Origin: Hypanus sabinus
Taxonomy: Eukaryota
Assembly (NCBI RefSeq): GCF_030144855.1
Contig: NC_082709.1
Span: 13,330,001 to 13,394,000 of the forward strand
Direction: 5' to 3'
Length of the DNA stretch: 64,000 nucleotides
The notes under the pieces are model-generated. The model was given only the letters and a program-made list of their open reading frames with translations, was not told the DNA's origin and made no database searches. Below, piece after piece: positions 1 to 12,478 of this stretch; position 1 is the stretch's first letter; every line of letters starts with the position of its first letter. The translations under genes and the position numbers were made by a program.

Positions 1-110
1 AACTTCGTGCTCTTCACTCTCTCCCCAGCAGAGTCATCGAAGTGCAATGGAGAGTGGTTAACCTGTGCCTTCCTGAAGTCCACAATCATCTCTTTTGTCA
101 TGGTTTCCTT
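1..110 (-). mobile_element. Rex1/Babar-like LINE RT fragment
   Basis: Reverse strand encodes the TKEMIVDFRK motif seen in the other Rex-like copies in the window. Confidence 0.6.
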
Positions 111-271
111 GAGACTCAGGATGTTACAACGAACAAGGTTACCGTTTGTTACCAAGAGAAGGGAGTCAATTCAAGGCTCTGAGAGAAACTTCACTGAATG
201 CTGGAAGTACGGACTTTGAATGTTGTAGATATGATCTGTTTTGAATTTGGTAATATTTGTCAGGAACGGTT

Positions 272-552
272 GACAGGGTAGCATAATGGTTAGCATGACA
301 CTTTACAGTACCAGCGACCTGGGTTCAATTCCTGCCGCTGTCAGTAAGGGGTTTGTACTTTCTCTGCATGATTGCATGGGCTTCCTCTAGGTGCTCCAGT
401 TTTCTCCCACAGTCCAAAGGCATTCTTTTTGGTAGGTGAATTGGTCATTGTAAATTGTCCTGTGACTAGGCTAGGATTTAGTCGGGAGTTGCTGAGTGGT
501 GAGGCTCGAAGGGCTGGAAGGGCCTGTTCCACACTGTATCTCAATAAAGTAA
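272..552 (+). mobile_element. tRNA-derived V-SINE (HE1-like)
   Basis: A-box-like tagcataatgg, B-box ggttcaattcc, V-domain-like ctcccacagtccaaag, tail ending aataaa; homologous to copies at 8.0, 41.2, 48.7 and 58.9 kb. Confidence 0.8.
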
Positions 553-1049
553 TATGAAAAAGTGCCAGGAGAGAAGGAAGGGGCAAAACTAAACTGCACT
601 CAGTCAGGTAAAACAAACATCAAGATCAGCTGGATCACGGAGACACACAGGACAGCAGATACTGAAATCTGGAATAAAAATGCAAACTGTAGAGGTGAAA
701 CCTGCATCAGACTCAAGGTGTGGAGGGAAGATAGCCAAAATAAAGAAGTGAGCAAGGAGGGGTGAGACAAGAGCTGGTAGGTGATAGGTTGATCCAGGTT
801 GGATGGGGAATGATGGGCAAATGCAACCAGGATTTTCAGAGACAGATACTGGTGGGTGGTAGCTGCAAATTATGAGGAAGTAAAAAGGAAGGGCAGATGA
901 AACCCAGTTGGGTAGGTGTGTAGAGATGTGAAGTGAGAGGAATGTTGCCTGTTTGAAGGAGATGTTTTTTGACTAGTTGGGGGGGGGGGAGCGGAGGAGG
1001 AGTAGAGAAATCAGAGAAGTTGATACGTCAAGTCAGTAAATGGAAAGAT

Positions 1050-1770
1050 AAATAGACAATAGACAGTAGGTGCAGGAGTAGACCATTCGGCCCTTCTAGC
1101 CAGCACCGCCATTCACTGTGATCATGGCTGATCATACACAATCAGTACCCCGTTCCTGCCCTCTCCCCATATCCATTGACCCCGCTATCTATAAGAGCTC
1201 TATCTAACTCTCTCTTGAAAGCATCCAGAGACTTGGCCTCCACTGCCTTCTGGGGCAGAGCATTCCACATATCCACCACTCTCTGGGTGAAAAAGTCTTT
1301 CTGCACCTCTGTTCTAAATGGCCTACCCCTTATTCTTAAACTGTGGCCTCTAGTTCTGGACTCACCCATCAGTGGGAACATGTTTCCTGCCTTTAGCATG
1401 TCCAATCCCTTAATAATCTTATATGTTTCAATCAGATCCCCTCTCATCCTTCTAAATTCCAGTGTATACAAACCCAGTCGCTCCAATCTTTCAACATATG
1501 ACCGCCATTCCAGGAATTAACCTTGTGAACCTACGCTGCATAATTCCCGCCATTCTGGGAATTAACCTTGTGAAACTACGCTGCACTCCCTCAATAACAA
1601 GAATGTCCTTCCTCAAATTTGGAGACCAAAACTACACACAATGCTCCAGGTGGGGTCTCACCAGGGCCCTGTACAGCTGCAGAAGGACCTCTTTACTCCT
1701 ATACTCAATTCCTCTTGTTATAAAGGCCAGCATGCCATTAGCTTTCTTCACTGCCTGCTGTACCTGATAG
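1050..1770 (-). mobile_element. CR1-clade LINE 3' end (HER1-like)
   Basis: ORFs 1142-1486 (LGLYTLEFRRMRGDLIETYKI...FFTQRVVDMWNALP) and 1632-1820 (LYRALVRPHLEHCV) match the CR1 ORF2 C-terminus; 3' UTR follows. Confidence 0.9.
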
Positions 1771-2552
1771 GTAAAGCTGCTGTAAAGATAGGGTAAAATG
1801 CCAGAAGGGGATGTGCCCACACCTACCTATCCCAACAACTATGGATTTACACTAACGCAACGCATTAATTCTGATTTTTCACTCTTCCCACTGTCTGATC
1901 AACTCCCCCAGATTCTGCTATTCATTTAAACACTGGGGAAAATTTACACTTAACATGTGGATACCCTCATCTTTGCAATGTGAATGTAGAGTATTGAACA
2001 TTACAGCACAGGAAAAGGCTCTTCAGCCCACAATGTCTGCGTCAAACATGATGCCAAAATAAACTAAATCTCTTCTGATCTATATCCTCCATTCCCTGTA
2101 TTTTCATGAACCTATCTAAAATCCTTTTAAGCCATATTTGTTTCCACCACTGTTCCTGATAGCCCAATCCAGGAACCTTCTGCTCTGGAAAAACAATCTT
2201 CCTCGTACGTCTCCTCTAAACTTCCCCCCCCCCCCCCCTCATCTTCTAGAAGAAACCCATATCATCACACCTCACAAGTAGCTCTGAAGTCAGGGCTGAA
2301 CTCGGGTCTTTGGCACAGTGAGGAAGTAGCTCTTCCCTTCTGACTAGGAAGGAAGTGATTGCACTGGAGGGAGTGCAGCAGATAATTTTGCCAGGAGATA
2401 GATGGGCTTTTATTCCTCGAAGTGATGGAGCTGACCCGTGGTGGGGGAAGGGGGTGATAACATGATAAAAGTATCTAAGATTACCAAAGATGTGGATAAA
2501 TGGTCAGGATCACTTTTTCCTGGAATTTAGGTATCTAAAACAAGAAGGCAAT

Positions 2553-2940
2553 AATTTATTATCAAAGTACATATGTGTCACTATATACAATCCTGAAATT
2601 CATTTCCTTGTGGACATACTCAATAAATCTATAGAATAATAACCATTACAGAATCGAAAGAGCACCCAAGTTGGGCTTTCAACCAGAGTGCAGAAGACAA
2701 CAAACAGTGCAAATGCAACAAAGAAAAAAATGGCATTAAATAAATAAGCAATAAATATCGAGAACACAAGATGAAGAGTCCTTGAAATTAAGTCCACTGG
2801 TTGTGCGGGAGCATTTCAATGATTGGATGAGTGAAGTTATCCCCTTTGACTCAAGAGCCTGATGGATGAGGGTAGTAACTCTTCCTGAACTTGGTGGTGT
2901 AAGTCCTGAGGCTCTTGAACTTTCTTCCTGATGGTAGCAA
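2553..2940 (-). mobile_element. Rex1/Babar-like LINE 3' end inserted in an older CR1 fragment
   Basis: Homologous to the 3' ends at 14800-15200 and 36070-36500; CR1-like sequence on both sides (about 2340-2550 and 2940-3180). Confidence 0.7.
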
Positions 2941-3599
2941 TTTGAGGAGGAAATGTTTTCTACATTCAGAGTGGTTGCTATCTGGAAAATGCTACCAGAG
3001 GCAATGGTGAATCAGATGCGATCACCACTTTTAAGAGGAATTTAGACGGGTACAAATAGGGAAGTCATGGGTCCTAATGTGAATAAATGTGATAAGAGTA
3101 AATGGGTAAAAAAGCTTGGCATGGACAATAATGGGCTGAAGGGCCTATTTATTTGCTGAATGATTCTATGACTCTCTAGGACTTTATGACAATATCTGAA
3201 CAGCAGCACCACTATCCCATAGCTGTCATCCAGAAGAATAAAAACAGGTATTTTGAATGATAATAAGAGATATCTGTGGACTTTTGGAACTAAATGGGAA
3301 TAAGACAGAAACTGGATCTTGTAATTTCTTGGCATATATGATGAATAAACTCTTCTTGGACTTCCAACCAGGTACTGGTATTGATTGTTATCGAAGTTTT
3401 GATGATAGTCTGTGATGAGAGTCCTTGACAAGGATGAATTGGACTCAAATGTTAGGATATCCAAAGCAAGGTTCAGGACATGGTATTACACTGGATCTGA
3501 GCTCAAAACAAACACTAGACAAATCATAAGCACACGACCGCAGTTCAGGAGGACCATCCCTAGGAACCTCCCCTTGTGCTTGGGCCTTGTGAACAAGAG

Positions 3600-5690
3600 C
3601 TTCAATACCCCAATGAATTGACACTACCACCATGGTCAGGGTCAAATTGGTGGTAGGCTGCTTCCCTTGGTCTGTTTCATCAAACTGATGTGACAGGGCA
3701 CCTGGTTTCTGGTTTTTTGAATCTGAATGGTAGGTCAGGATGAATTCAAAGTGGTTAAAGAACAAAGCCTACCTGACTTGCCTGGAATTCAGCCTCTTGG
3801 CCTCCTGAATATAAGCTAGGCTCTTGTGATCAGTCCAAACGATGAAAGATTTATTGGCCTGCTCTAGCCAGTGTTGCCTTTCCTCCAAGGCTAACTTAGC
3901 TGCAAGAAGCTCACAATTCACGATGCCATAGTTCCTCTCTGGACCACCTGACCACCTGGAGGAGAACGCACAGGGGTGCAGTTTAACGTCTGAAGGTGGC
4001 CACTGGGATCAGACAGCTTCCACCCCAATGTCTAAGATGTTTATTCCCATGATGAAGGGAAGGTCCAGGTTAGGAGAAACCAAGATGGGCGCTGTTGTGA
4101 ACAGCAGCTTAAGCTCTACAAAAGCAGCCTCTGCTTCAATCATCCAGACAAAAGAGCCTGTGGATTTCTTAGTTGGTACAGTCGGAGGAGCTGCCACTGA
4201 GCTGAAATTCCTGGTGCTCTTCTGCCAGAAGTTAGCAAACTCCAGGAATTCGCTGGACTTGTTTGATACTGGATGGTGGTGGCCAGTCTCTGGCAGCCTG
4301 GGTCTTGGTAGGATCCATCTTGAGATTGCCATTGGAGATAACAAAAACCAAAAATGAAACAGTTATCATGTGAAACTCTGACTTCTCCAACTGACATAAA
4401 ATCCATGGTTTAGAAGCCTCTTTAAAATGTTCCTGATGTGAGTGACATGCTCCTCCATGGACCTTGAGAAGATTAGGACATCATCCAGGTAGAAAAAGGC
4501 AAACCTAAGGAGAGAATCCCAGAGCACATCGTTTATAGAGGCTTGGAAAAATGCTGGAGTGCTTGCAAACCCAAAGGGCATAACCAGGTATGTGTAGCGC
4601 CCTGTCAGTGTATTGAATGCGTCTTCCACTTATTGCCTTCCCTAATATGGATCAGATTGTATGCATTCTGTATATCTAGTTTTGAGAATACCCTCACTCC
4701 TTGGAGCATCTGTATTTATGAGTGGAAGGGGGTGGTGATCCTTGGCAATTATGCAATTTAATCCACAATACTTAATGCATGACCACAGGCCCCCATCCTT
4801 CCTTTGTATGAAGAAGGAGTCTGCAACTGTGGGTGAGGAGGAGGACCTCCTCCACCACACTTCTCTCTGGGCCTGGGAGTGTATACACTCCACTGAGCAG
4901 GGACAGGAACCAGGTAGCAGGTCTATAGCACAGTCATGGGTTTGGTGCGGTGGAAGAGTTGAGGCCTTTCCTTTGCTGAATACCTCTTCTAAATTTTTGT
5001 GGACAGAAGGGATTTTGACCAGTCTGGGTGTTGCTGTCTCCTCCAGACATTCCTTTGAGGACGACTCCTGAGGCTTCTTCGGTGACAGAGTGATTCGACA
5101 GACCGGGAGTCCTCTCCTTATGCTCACAAAGTTCTTTCATTGAAAGAATGGCCAAAGCGGAATCCAAATCCCCACCTGTATCTTCTGGCAAAGGCAGTGA
5201 GACATTACAGAGTGTTCTTGACAGAGTGTTCTTGACAGGCTTCAAGGATCGTTGTACAGGAGTCTCTCCCTTCCTTGAGACCTGGCAACTGGATTCATTA
5301 AGCTTGACAGTTAGTTCCCCAGACTGCTCGAACATCTCCTTGGACCTCTCCCTCTCTTAGTTTCAGTGGGATCCCGACTAGACTGTGTTGGGACTCGCAC
5401 AGTCCCGTTGGCCAGACCGATTTGTCCACTCTTGAGCACTGGACTAGGTGTCCAGAAGGTCTCAGGTTCCCTCGCACTGAATGACGTCCCCTTATTGGGC
5501 GTTGGTCATGAGAGAATCTGGGTGTTGGAGCACCTTGCCGCAAACAAACCCTCTTACAATGACTGGACCAGGAAGTGGTTCTCCCTTTCCACCAGTCCAC
5601 AGATGGGTTAAGCTGGGAAAGCCAAGGGTACCCAAGGATCTGGGGTATGAGTGGAGTCAATAATGTAGAAACTAATATCTTCCACACAAT
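3600..5690 (-). pseudogene. Disrupted pol (protease end, RT, RNase H) of the sushi-like element
   Basis: ORF fragments 5298-5687 (ILGYPWLSQLNPSVDW), 4642-5127 (HDCAIDLLPG), 4366-4629 (YLDD), 4009-4344 and 3445-3765. Confidence 0.85.
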
Positions 5691-5730
5691 CTATCCGCAT
5701 CTGCAACGCCACAGTCTGTTTCTAGATCTA

Positions 5731-5867
5731 CACGTACAAACAAGCTTGATGAACTCAGCAGGTCTTTGACTGCTCATTTCCACGGATGCTGCCCGACCTG
5801 CTGAGTTCATCCAGCTTGTTTGTACGTGTTGATTTGACCACAGCATCTGCAGTGTGCTTTGTGTTTA
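5731..5867. mobile_element. Short Penelope-derived hairpin insertion
   Basis: Perfect 15-bp TSD ctgtttctagatcta (5716-5730, 5868-5882); internal inverted repeat cacgtacaaacaagct...gaactcagcaggtc / gacctgctgagttc...agcttgtttgtacgtg. Confidence 0.8.
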
Positions 5868-6415
5868 CTGTTTCTAGATCTATCTGAACTCGAGCGAGCG
5901 GCCATTCAAGACAGTTGTGGGCATGGGCTGGCCCAATTCTTGCAGTGGTATGTTGAACCGGAGTGGTTCCTAAATCAGGAAATTACCCACTGCCTCAGAG
6001 TCCACAAAACCCTTCACCTACCTCAAGTTCTTACCCAAGATGAACTCCGCCTTCAGCAGAATCCGTGGGATTGGGCGTAATGGCTGCTAACATCGCAGTC
6101 CTACCGACAACTGATGGTCATAGCAGTTCTCTAGGTGACAGCACCTTTGGACATTCAGCCCACAGGTGGCATGCTTCCCCGCAGTAAAAGCAGTGACGTT
6201 GACTTCAATGCTGGGACCTCTCATTGGTAAATAGGCCAGTGCCACCAACCTGCATGGGTTCAACTGGATCTTGAGCAGGCAATGGGCTGCTCATGGTCCA
6301 ATGCTGGAGAGTGGAACTGCAATGCGTAGGGACTGAGCTCAGACTAACTCTCATTGACCTCCTGACATTGTCCTACACTCACTCAGCCAGATGACTATCA
6401 AGACAGATGGACGGA

Positions 6416-6471
6416 TTTTCCACGGACGCTGCCTGACCTGCTGAGTTCCTCCAGCTTGTTTGTACGCGTTG
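6416..6471 (+). mobile_element. 56-bp Penelope-derived insertion
   Basis: Same family as 5731-5867; 11-bp TSD agatgga(c/t)gga at 6405-6415 and 6472-6482. Confidence 0.7.
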
Positions 6472-6967
6472 AGATGGATGGACCGGTTGATCAATACCTC
6501 TAAGTTTATTGCTAGCTTCCCCAAGGCAAGGATATCCTTCAGTTCATCTCAGAGTCTGTGGCAGTATAGCATAACCAAAGCTTCCCTGTTCCAACCACTC
6601 TCCTGGGCCAAGGTCTGAAATTCGATCACATAGTCGGCTGCTGACTGTCCTCTGTCAAATCTTTATCAGGCAGTGTGACGCTCAACTGGCTCTGGCGGGG
6701 TGATGAAACACTTTCCTCGTGGCGGACCGCTGGAGCTCAAATACTAAGGGGCTTTGGACGAGAAAGCGGCAGCAAGAACCTGGGTCACCGTCAGATCTGG
6801 CTCTGGCTCCGCAGAGTGACTGACAGCCTCACCCGAGCGATGCTGCCGTCCTCCCTTCAACAGCTGGAGCATGACGACCTGGAGATCACGTATCTTCAGG
6901 CTCTGGCTGGAAACTTCCACAGCTGAGGAAACGCTCTGATACTCCACTGGTTTCACTGGCTCAATCG

Positions 6968-7227
6968 TATCATGACGAGAGTCCTTGACGAGGGTGAATT
7001 GGACCCATATGCTGAGCTATCCAAAGCAAGGTTCAAGACACGGTATTACACTGGATCTGAGCTCAAAACAAACACAAGATGATATCATGAGAGGGCTTAT
7101 GGTTGTGTACCAAACCACATTTCAGGTGTTACTTAAGTACTCAATTCTTGGCGCTCGAAGCATGATTACCAATTAGTGGGACCATCTAAATCCCGGCCGC
7201 TGGCGTGGTTCGGGGCATCTCATAACA
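6968..7227 (-). repeat. 5' LTR of the sushi-like element
   Basis: Starts TGTTATGAG on the minus strand; its distal ~105 bp are repeated at 3411-3515. Confidence 0.8.
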
Positions 7228-8021
7228 ATAACTCTGCTACCTTCATCAGGGATGATCCCTTGGCATGTCTAGTCCAGTGATGTGCCAGACTAGACACGCC
7301 CAGGTTTCACCCCCGACGAAGATGGCAGAGTTCGTCATCACAATATATAATCGATACCTGTACCCGCGTGGAAGCTTAAGAAGAGTTTATAAGACAGAAA
7401 CTGATCTCCATTGAAAAACAGGTGTGGAAAATGATGACAAATTTTGGATTGGTTTACAAACTATTGAAAAATATTTTGTCACATATATGCAGCTTTAAAT
7501 ATCATTAGAAAAGACCATAAAAGAGATTAATACATCATGAATATATCATCATGAATATATGTACTTGTAAGCTTCTTATTCTAATCTTCCCAGCTCCCGT
7601 GAGATCTTGGAGACACAAAGAAGCATGGAAATTTTAGGGGATGAATTGTTTTGTATCTGTCTCAGAGGCTGCTAGTTGAGGCATGGAGGTCACTGAAGAT
7701 ATAAGGAAGAAGCCAGGATAGAACGATTAGGACGACCTGGTCTTTCCCACTCTTTAAACAGCAATTGGTTCGTATTAGTTAGTCTGAGATGTGTGTTCAT
7801 TATAATGCACGATTGTAGGTAATGCAATGCCGGGACAGTAAATTATTAAACATTCTGTCATGATTTGCTGTGAAGATATTTACATATCACTGGTGTGTGA
7901 AAGACGACATTTCAGAAGTGAGGCTTCTAGCACAGACCGAGAGGCATGAAAGTCAGACTCATCTCATTAGCACGGGATTTACAGTACAGCTCCGTTGCAC
8001 GACCTTTAACCTAGGTGTTCA

Positions 8022-8245
8022 CTTATTTATTTATTTATTGAGAAACAGCACAGAATAGGCCCTTCTGGCCCTTTGAGCCTCACCGTCCCGCAAACCCCCA
8101 ATTAATCTGAGACTAATCATAGGACAATTTACAATGACCATCTGTGGGAGGAAATGGGACAGATACAGAAAGCCACGTTTTAATAGGGAGAATGTGCAAA
8201 CTCCTCACAGACGGGGTAGGATTTGAACGCAGATTGCTGGTACCG
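8022..8245 (-). mobile_element. V-SINE (HE1-like), partial
   Basis: Reverse-complement homology to the SINE at 272-552. Confidence 0.7.
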
Positions 8246-9189
8246 CAGGGAAGAACTGTACGTAATTCCCCAACGTTGAGCTGGTGTTTTGTTTTAAGAG
8301 ACTGCTTTGATGCAATGACATTGCTACGTAAGGATTTTTCGCACACTTTGGTGGTGTCAGCTTTGGAGTTCAATATAATAAGTTGCGGGTTTCGTTAAAT
8401 ATAAAACACTTCACTTCATCTTATTTGCGTAATCCTACGTTGGTGACCTTGATGCTCTAGGACAATCCCAGAGTTATCAAACATGTCAGTCAATGCAGTC
8501 ATTTTGAAACTGCGGGAGCTTTGGAAGCAAAACCCATCACTTAGTTCATACAAGCTAACACCCAGTTCATTCTGTGGATGACACCAAATTCTACTACAGT
8601 ACATGGCAGCATCACTCAGCAATGCCATGGTGCTGAGAATGTGAACACCCACGTGAACCTGATAAATACCGATTGCTGAAAACTAACCTTTTGCAGACTT
8701 TTGGAGCATCGGAGTCTGAGCGGGCCAGGCACTTGCTCTCCTTGCCCGGTCTTGGTGATGGTGAGCCTTTGGAGCTAATGGACCACATGCTCTACCTCCT
8801 GGGAAATCACCATCCTTGTTTTACTTTTAAAGGCCTCTTCCATGCAGCAAATGCCTGATCCAGTTTGCATAGCCTTCACAAATGCGCCCATGTATGACTA
8901 TAGAGAGCTTGTTAGGATGGCTCATAGTTTACACTCAGCTGGGCAGTGGCGCATTATTCCTCCTGCTTTCCTTTTCTCAACAAGGCCGGTCAGCAAGGCC
9001 CCTGGGATAAGGATGCCGTGGCTGTGAAACTGATGACACCGGGCCTGTGCTTTCACCATGCTCGTTTTGGTACGACCTTAGGAATTGCCAACCACCTTGC
9101 AGCTTTGACAGTTCCAGTGCATTGGGACATCAGAGGTCTGTGAAGACCGTGGGATCTAGCTGCCAGGGTCATCTACCGTACGTTAAGAC

Positions 9190-12100
9190 CATCCTTTCAG
9201 GGTGACGCTTCCTGTGTGACGCGGGTGCTCAAGTGAGTGTTCTACCAGCATCGCCTATTAATGAGAAGGCAAAGAGCGATGAAATCTCACTGGAGGCTGC
9301 CAATGGCAGCAAGATCTAGACTTACGGACATGATGGGTGATGCTCTGCCTGGGGGGTGGGGGGGGGGGGCGACGTTAAACATGGGGCTTCATCCTGGTTA
9401 AACTGGCTAGACCTCTTCTAGGTGTAGATTTCCAGTGTGCCCAAGGACAGTCAATCTTAAGAACTGCCAGCTTGTGGATGTCAGGGAATTTGGGTCATTC
9501 CCCTGTTCCCTCAGTAAGTTCCCCACAACGACCCTGTCAAGCACATGCACCACCGCACAGGAGTTTACTCGGCTGCTGGGCAAACCCCTCAACCTCACCA
9601 AGCCCACATTCTCTATTCAGTCACAAAACATGAGGTCGAGCACAACTGGCCTGCCAGTTCACGCCCAGAAAAGCTGACAGCCATGAAGGCAGCGTTACCA
9701 ACATGGAAAGACTTGAATTGTATGCCAGCTGAATAACCCCTGGTCTTCAATCCTCCATATGGTCCCTAAGTTCGATGGTGGTTGCTGGCTATGTGGTAAT
9801 TACCAACGTCTTAACGAGGGTACATTATCCGATCCCACACATTCATGATTTTTTGGCATGTTTAGCCGGAAAGTTAATTTTTTCCAAAGTTGCTCTAGTT
9901 AGGGGCTACCATTGGGTGCCCGTGTGCTCGAAGAACATTCCCAAAATGGCTGTGATAACTCCATTTGGCCTTCTTGAGTTTCTGTGCATGCTGGTTGGAC
10001 TGAAAAATGCACTTTTCGAGCACTTAAGCCAACACGACTTGATTACTAACTCTGATAAATGGCAGTTTGGGGTATCAAGCATTGACTTTCTCAGCCTTTG
10101 CATCTCTGCAGACGATGCAAAACCCCTTCCATCAAAGATAACTGCTATTATGGGTTTCCCACTGCCCCACACTACTAAAAAACTACAGGAGTTTTTAGAC
10201 ACGGTGAACTTCTATCATTACTTCATTCCATGTGCTGCTGAACATGTTCTCCCTATATAATGGGCTTAAAGGCACTACCACTAATTAAATGCTTGACTAG
10301 TCATCAGACATGACATTTGATGGAAGTATTTTTATTAACAAAGAAAAATAGCAGAACATATGTTATAGTACAACCAACTATTTTATACCAGTTACAAAAA
10401 GAACCCCCCACCGCTCAATAAACAAGAACAAATAGAACCAACCACACCAGTCAAAAATAGATATAAAAGCCTATTGTATATATAAAGATACAGCACCTTA
10501 AACATTCAAATAATTTTTTCAGCATCCATGTTTTTGACAAATTTAAAGTTTGCCAAGTGGTGTTAAATCTTGCAGACTGTCCCCTGACCAAATAGTGGAT
10601 CTTCTCAAATTTTATGAAGAGCATGATATCTTTGATCCAATGCCCATATGTTGGAGGGGAAGAGTCTTTCCATTTGCACAAGATCAGCCTTCTGGCAAGA
10701 AGTGAACAAAAGGCAACGAGATCGGCTCAGAATTTGCTGAGTTTAATATTCTGAGAAGGCACTCCAGATAGTGCTATTGACCAAGATGGTGTAATTAATT
10801 CTTCAAAAATTTTTTAAAAAGTTTCAAAAATCAAAACTCAAAAATCTACAAATTTTGGACACAACCAGAACATATGGCAGAATGTAGCTGGGAATTGTTT
10901 ACATCTGTCACACATTGGGACAAGATCTTTATTAATTTTAGCCAATCTAACTTTAGACCAATGACAACAGTACACAATTTTAAACTGAACAACAACATGT
11001 CTAAGACACACAGAGGATGAATAAATTCTATGAATTGTTTTTTGCCGTATGTCATCTGGAACTTGTTATGACCAGGACATTTGATAATACCAAATGATCT
11101 CTTTGACCCTACTGGTGCACCCACTCCCCAATGCACCCAGAACCATTACAACTGATGCCTCAGACTATGTTGTGGGTGCTGTGCATGATCAACTTGTTGG
11201 AGATGTGTGGCAGCTGCTCACCTACTTCAGCTGGCAGCTCCGTCCCCCTAAAGTAAGTAGAGCAAATTTGACTGTGATCTTCTCCGTCTCTATCTGGCTA
11301 TCCCCCCACTTTCATTTTCTTCCAGAGGGTCACCATTTCACAGCATTTGTTGACCACAATCCCCTCTTGCCCATGATAGCCAGAATATCGGACGCTTGGT
11401 CTGCACGGCAGCAACGCGCCCTGGCCTGCATATCTGTTCATAACAGATATGCAACATATCAAAAGGAAAAATAATGTCGTGGCCCATTGCCTCTCATGGA
11501 CAGCTGTTGAGGCCGTACACATAGGGGTTGATTATGCCAGCATGGCAGCTGACTAAGTTACTGACCCAGAGGTCCAGGCTTACTAAACAGCAAACATGGG
11601 CCTGCAGTTGGCTGAAATAAAGTTTGATTGTTATGTCTCAACCGGTTGCTCTTGCCCCATTGTGCCTGCAAACTGGAGACGGACCGTTTTAACTCTATAT
11701 GTGGCCTCTCGCGACCAGGCTGGAAGGCCTCACGGGAACTGGTTGCACTGAAGTTTGTCTGGTACGGCCTTTAGAAAAGACGTGCGTGATTGGATGCAGG
11801 CTGTGAGGAGTGCCAGTGGGAAAAAGTTAACCGTCATGTTTAAGTGCCATTGGCACCTTTCGAGGTCCCTGAGTGATGGTCTGACCATGTCAACATGGGC
11901 TTTGTTGGTCCTCTTACCCCCCCAACCCCGAACAGTTTCACACACCTCCTTCCCATACCACCAGGTGGCCAGACATCATCCCTCTAGCATCCATGATGGC
12001 TGCAGGCATAGCTGAGGTGTTCAGCAGCAGCTGGGGGTCGCTCAGTTTGGCACCCCCTCTGACTGCGGTCCCCTGTTAATTTCAGACCAATGGGCTGTGA

Positions 12101-12430
12101 TGGCCCAGAACCTTGGTGTTAGGATACAAGAGCCAGGTGATTTCATTTCTCATGCCACGACCACCTGGTTGGCTTCTCAACAGCTTCCTTAGTAAATTCA
12201 ATTCCTTTTCACGTATTTCTACCTCCCGTCATGATGTACAGCACTCTTGACTTCCAGCTGACCTACATTCTGTGTCATTTGTTTTCATCCACTATGATGC
12301 ACAGCACCATCTCCTAAGGCCCCCTTACGATGGCCCGTTGGCAGTTTGGAATGGGGAGAAAAGACTTTTGCACAGATAAGAGGGGTAAACCTGAACATAT
12401 TTCAGTAGATCACCTTAAACCAGCCCACCA
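9190..12430 (+). pseudogene. Disrupted pol of the CsRN1-like element, interrupted by an L1
   Basis: ORFs 9775-10260 (RT), 11094-11474 (RNase H) and 12330-12560 (integrase tail ISVDHLKPAH). Confidence 0.8.
10322..11067 (-). mobile_element. L1-clade LINE 3' fragment
   Basis: ORF 10451-10681 (WKDSSPPTYGHWIKDIM...EKI) resembles the fish L1 ORF2 C-terminus; duplication atgac(caggac)atttgat on both flanks. Confidence 0.75.
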
Positions 12431-12478
12431 AGATTTGGCATATTCCCCTGCCATGTTCCTGGCCTCTCTGTGTGACAA

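Larger units (their letters stand above)
3409..7227 (-). mobile_element. Degenerate Gypsy/Ty3 LTR retrotransposon, sushi/chromovirus-like, integrase region deleted
   Basis: LTR homology between 3411-3515 and 6972-7075; gag remnant (DYVIEFQTLAQESGWNREAL), RT (YLVMPFG...FYLDDVLIFS), RNase H (LHPCAFSS...KLALEE); many stops and frameshifts. Confidence 0.9.
3315..7389. mobile_element. Penelope-like inverted-repeat element split by a Gypsy insertion (arms 3345-3407 plus 7228-7275, and 7288-7390)
   Basis: ataaactcttctt...aactctgctaccttcatcagg...ggcatgtctagtc is the approximate reverse complement of gactagacacgcc...aagaagagtttat; 14-bp direct repeat taagacagaaactg at 3301-3314 and 7390-7403. Confidence 0.75.

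Noticed and set aside
272-345. tRNA gene
   Set aside because: The A/B boxes belong to a SINE head that continues into the V-domain-like body; no full cloverleaf
3600-6956. Domesticated PEG10/RTL-type gene
   Set aside because: Multiple stops, frameshifts, nested insertions and retained LTRs indicate a decaying retrotransposon
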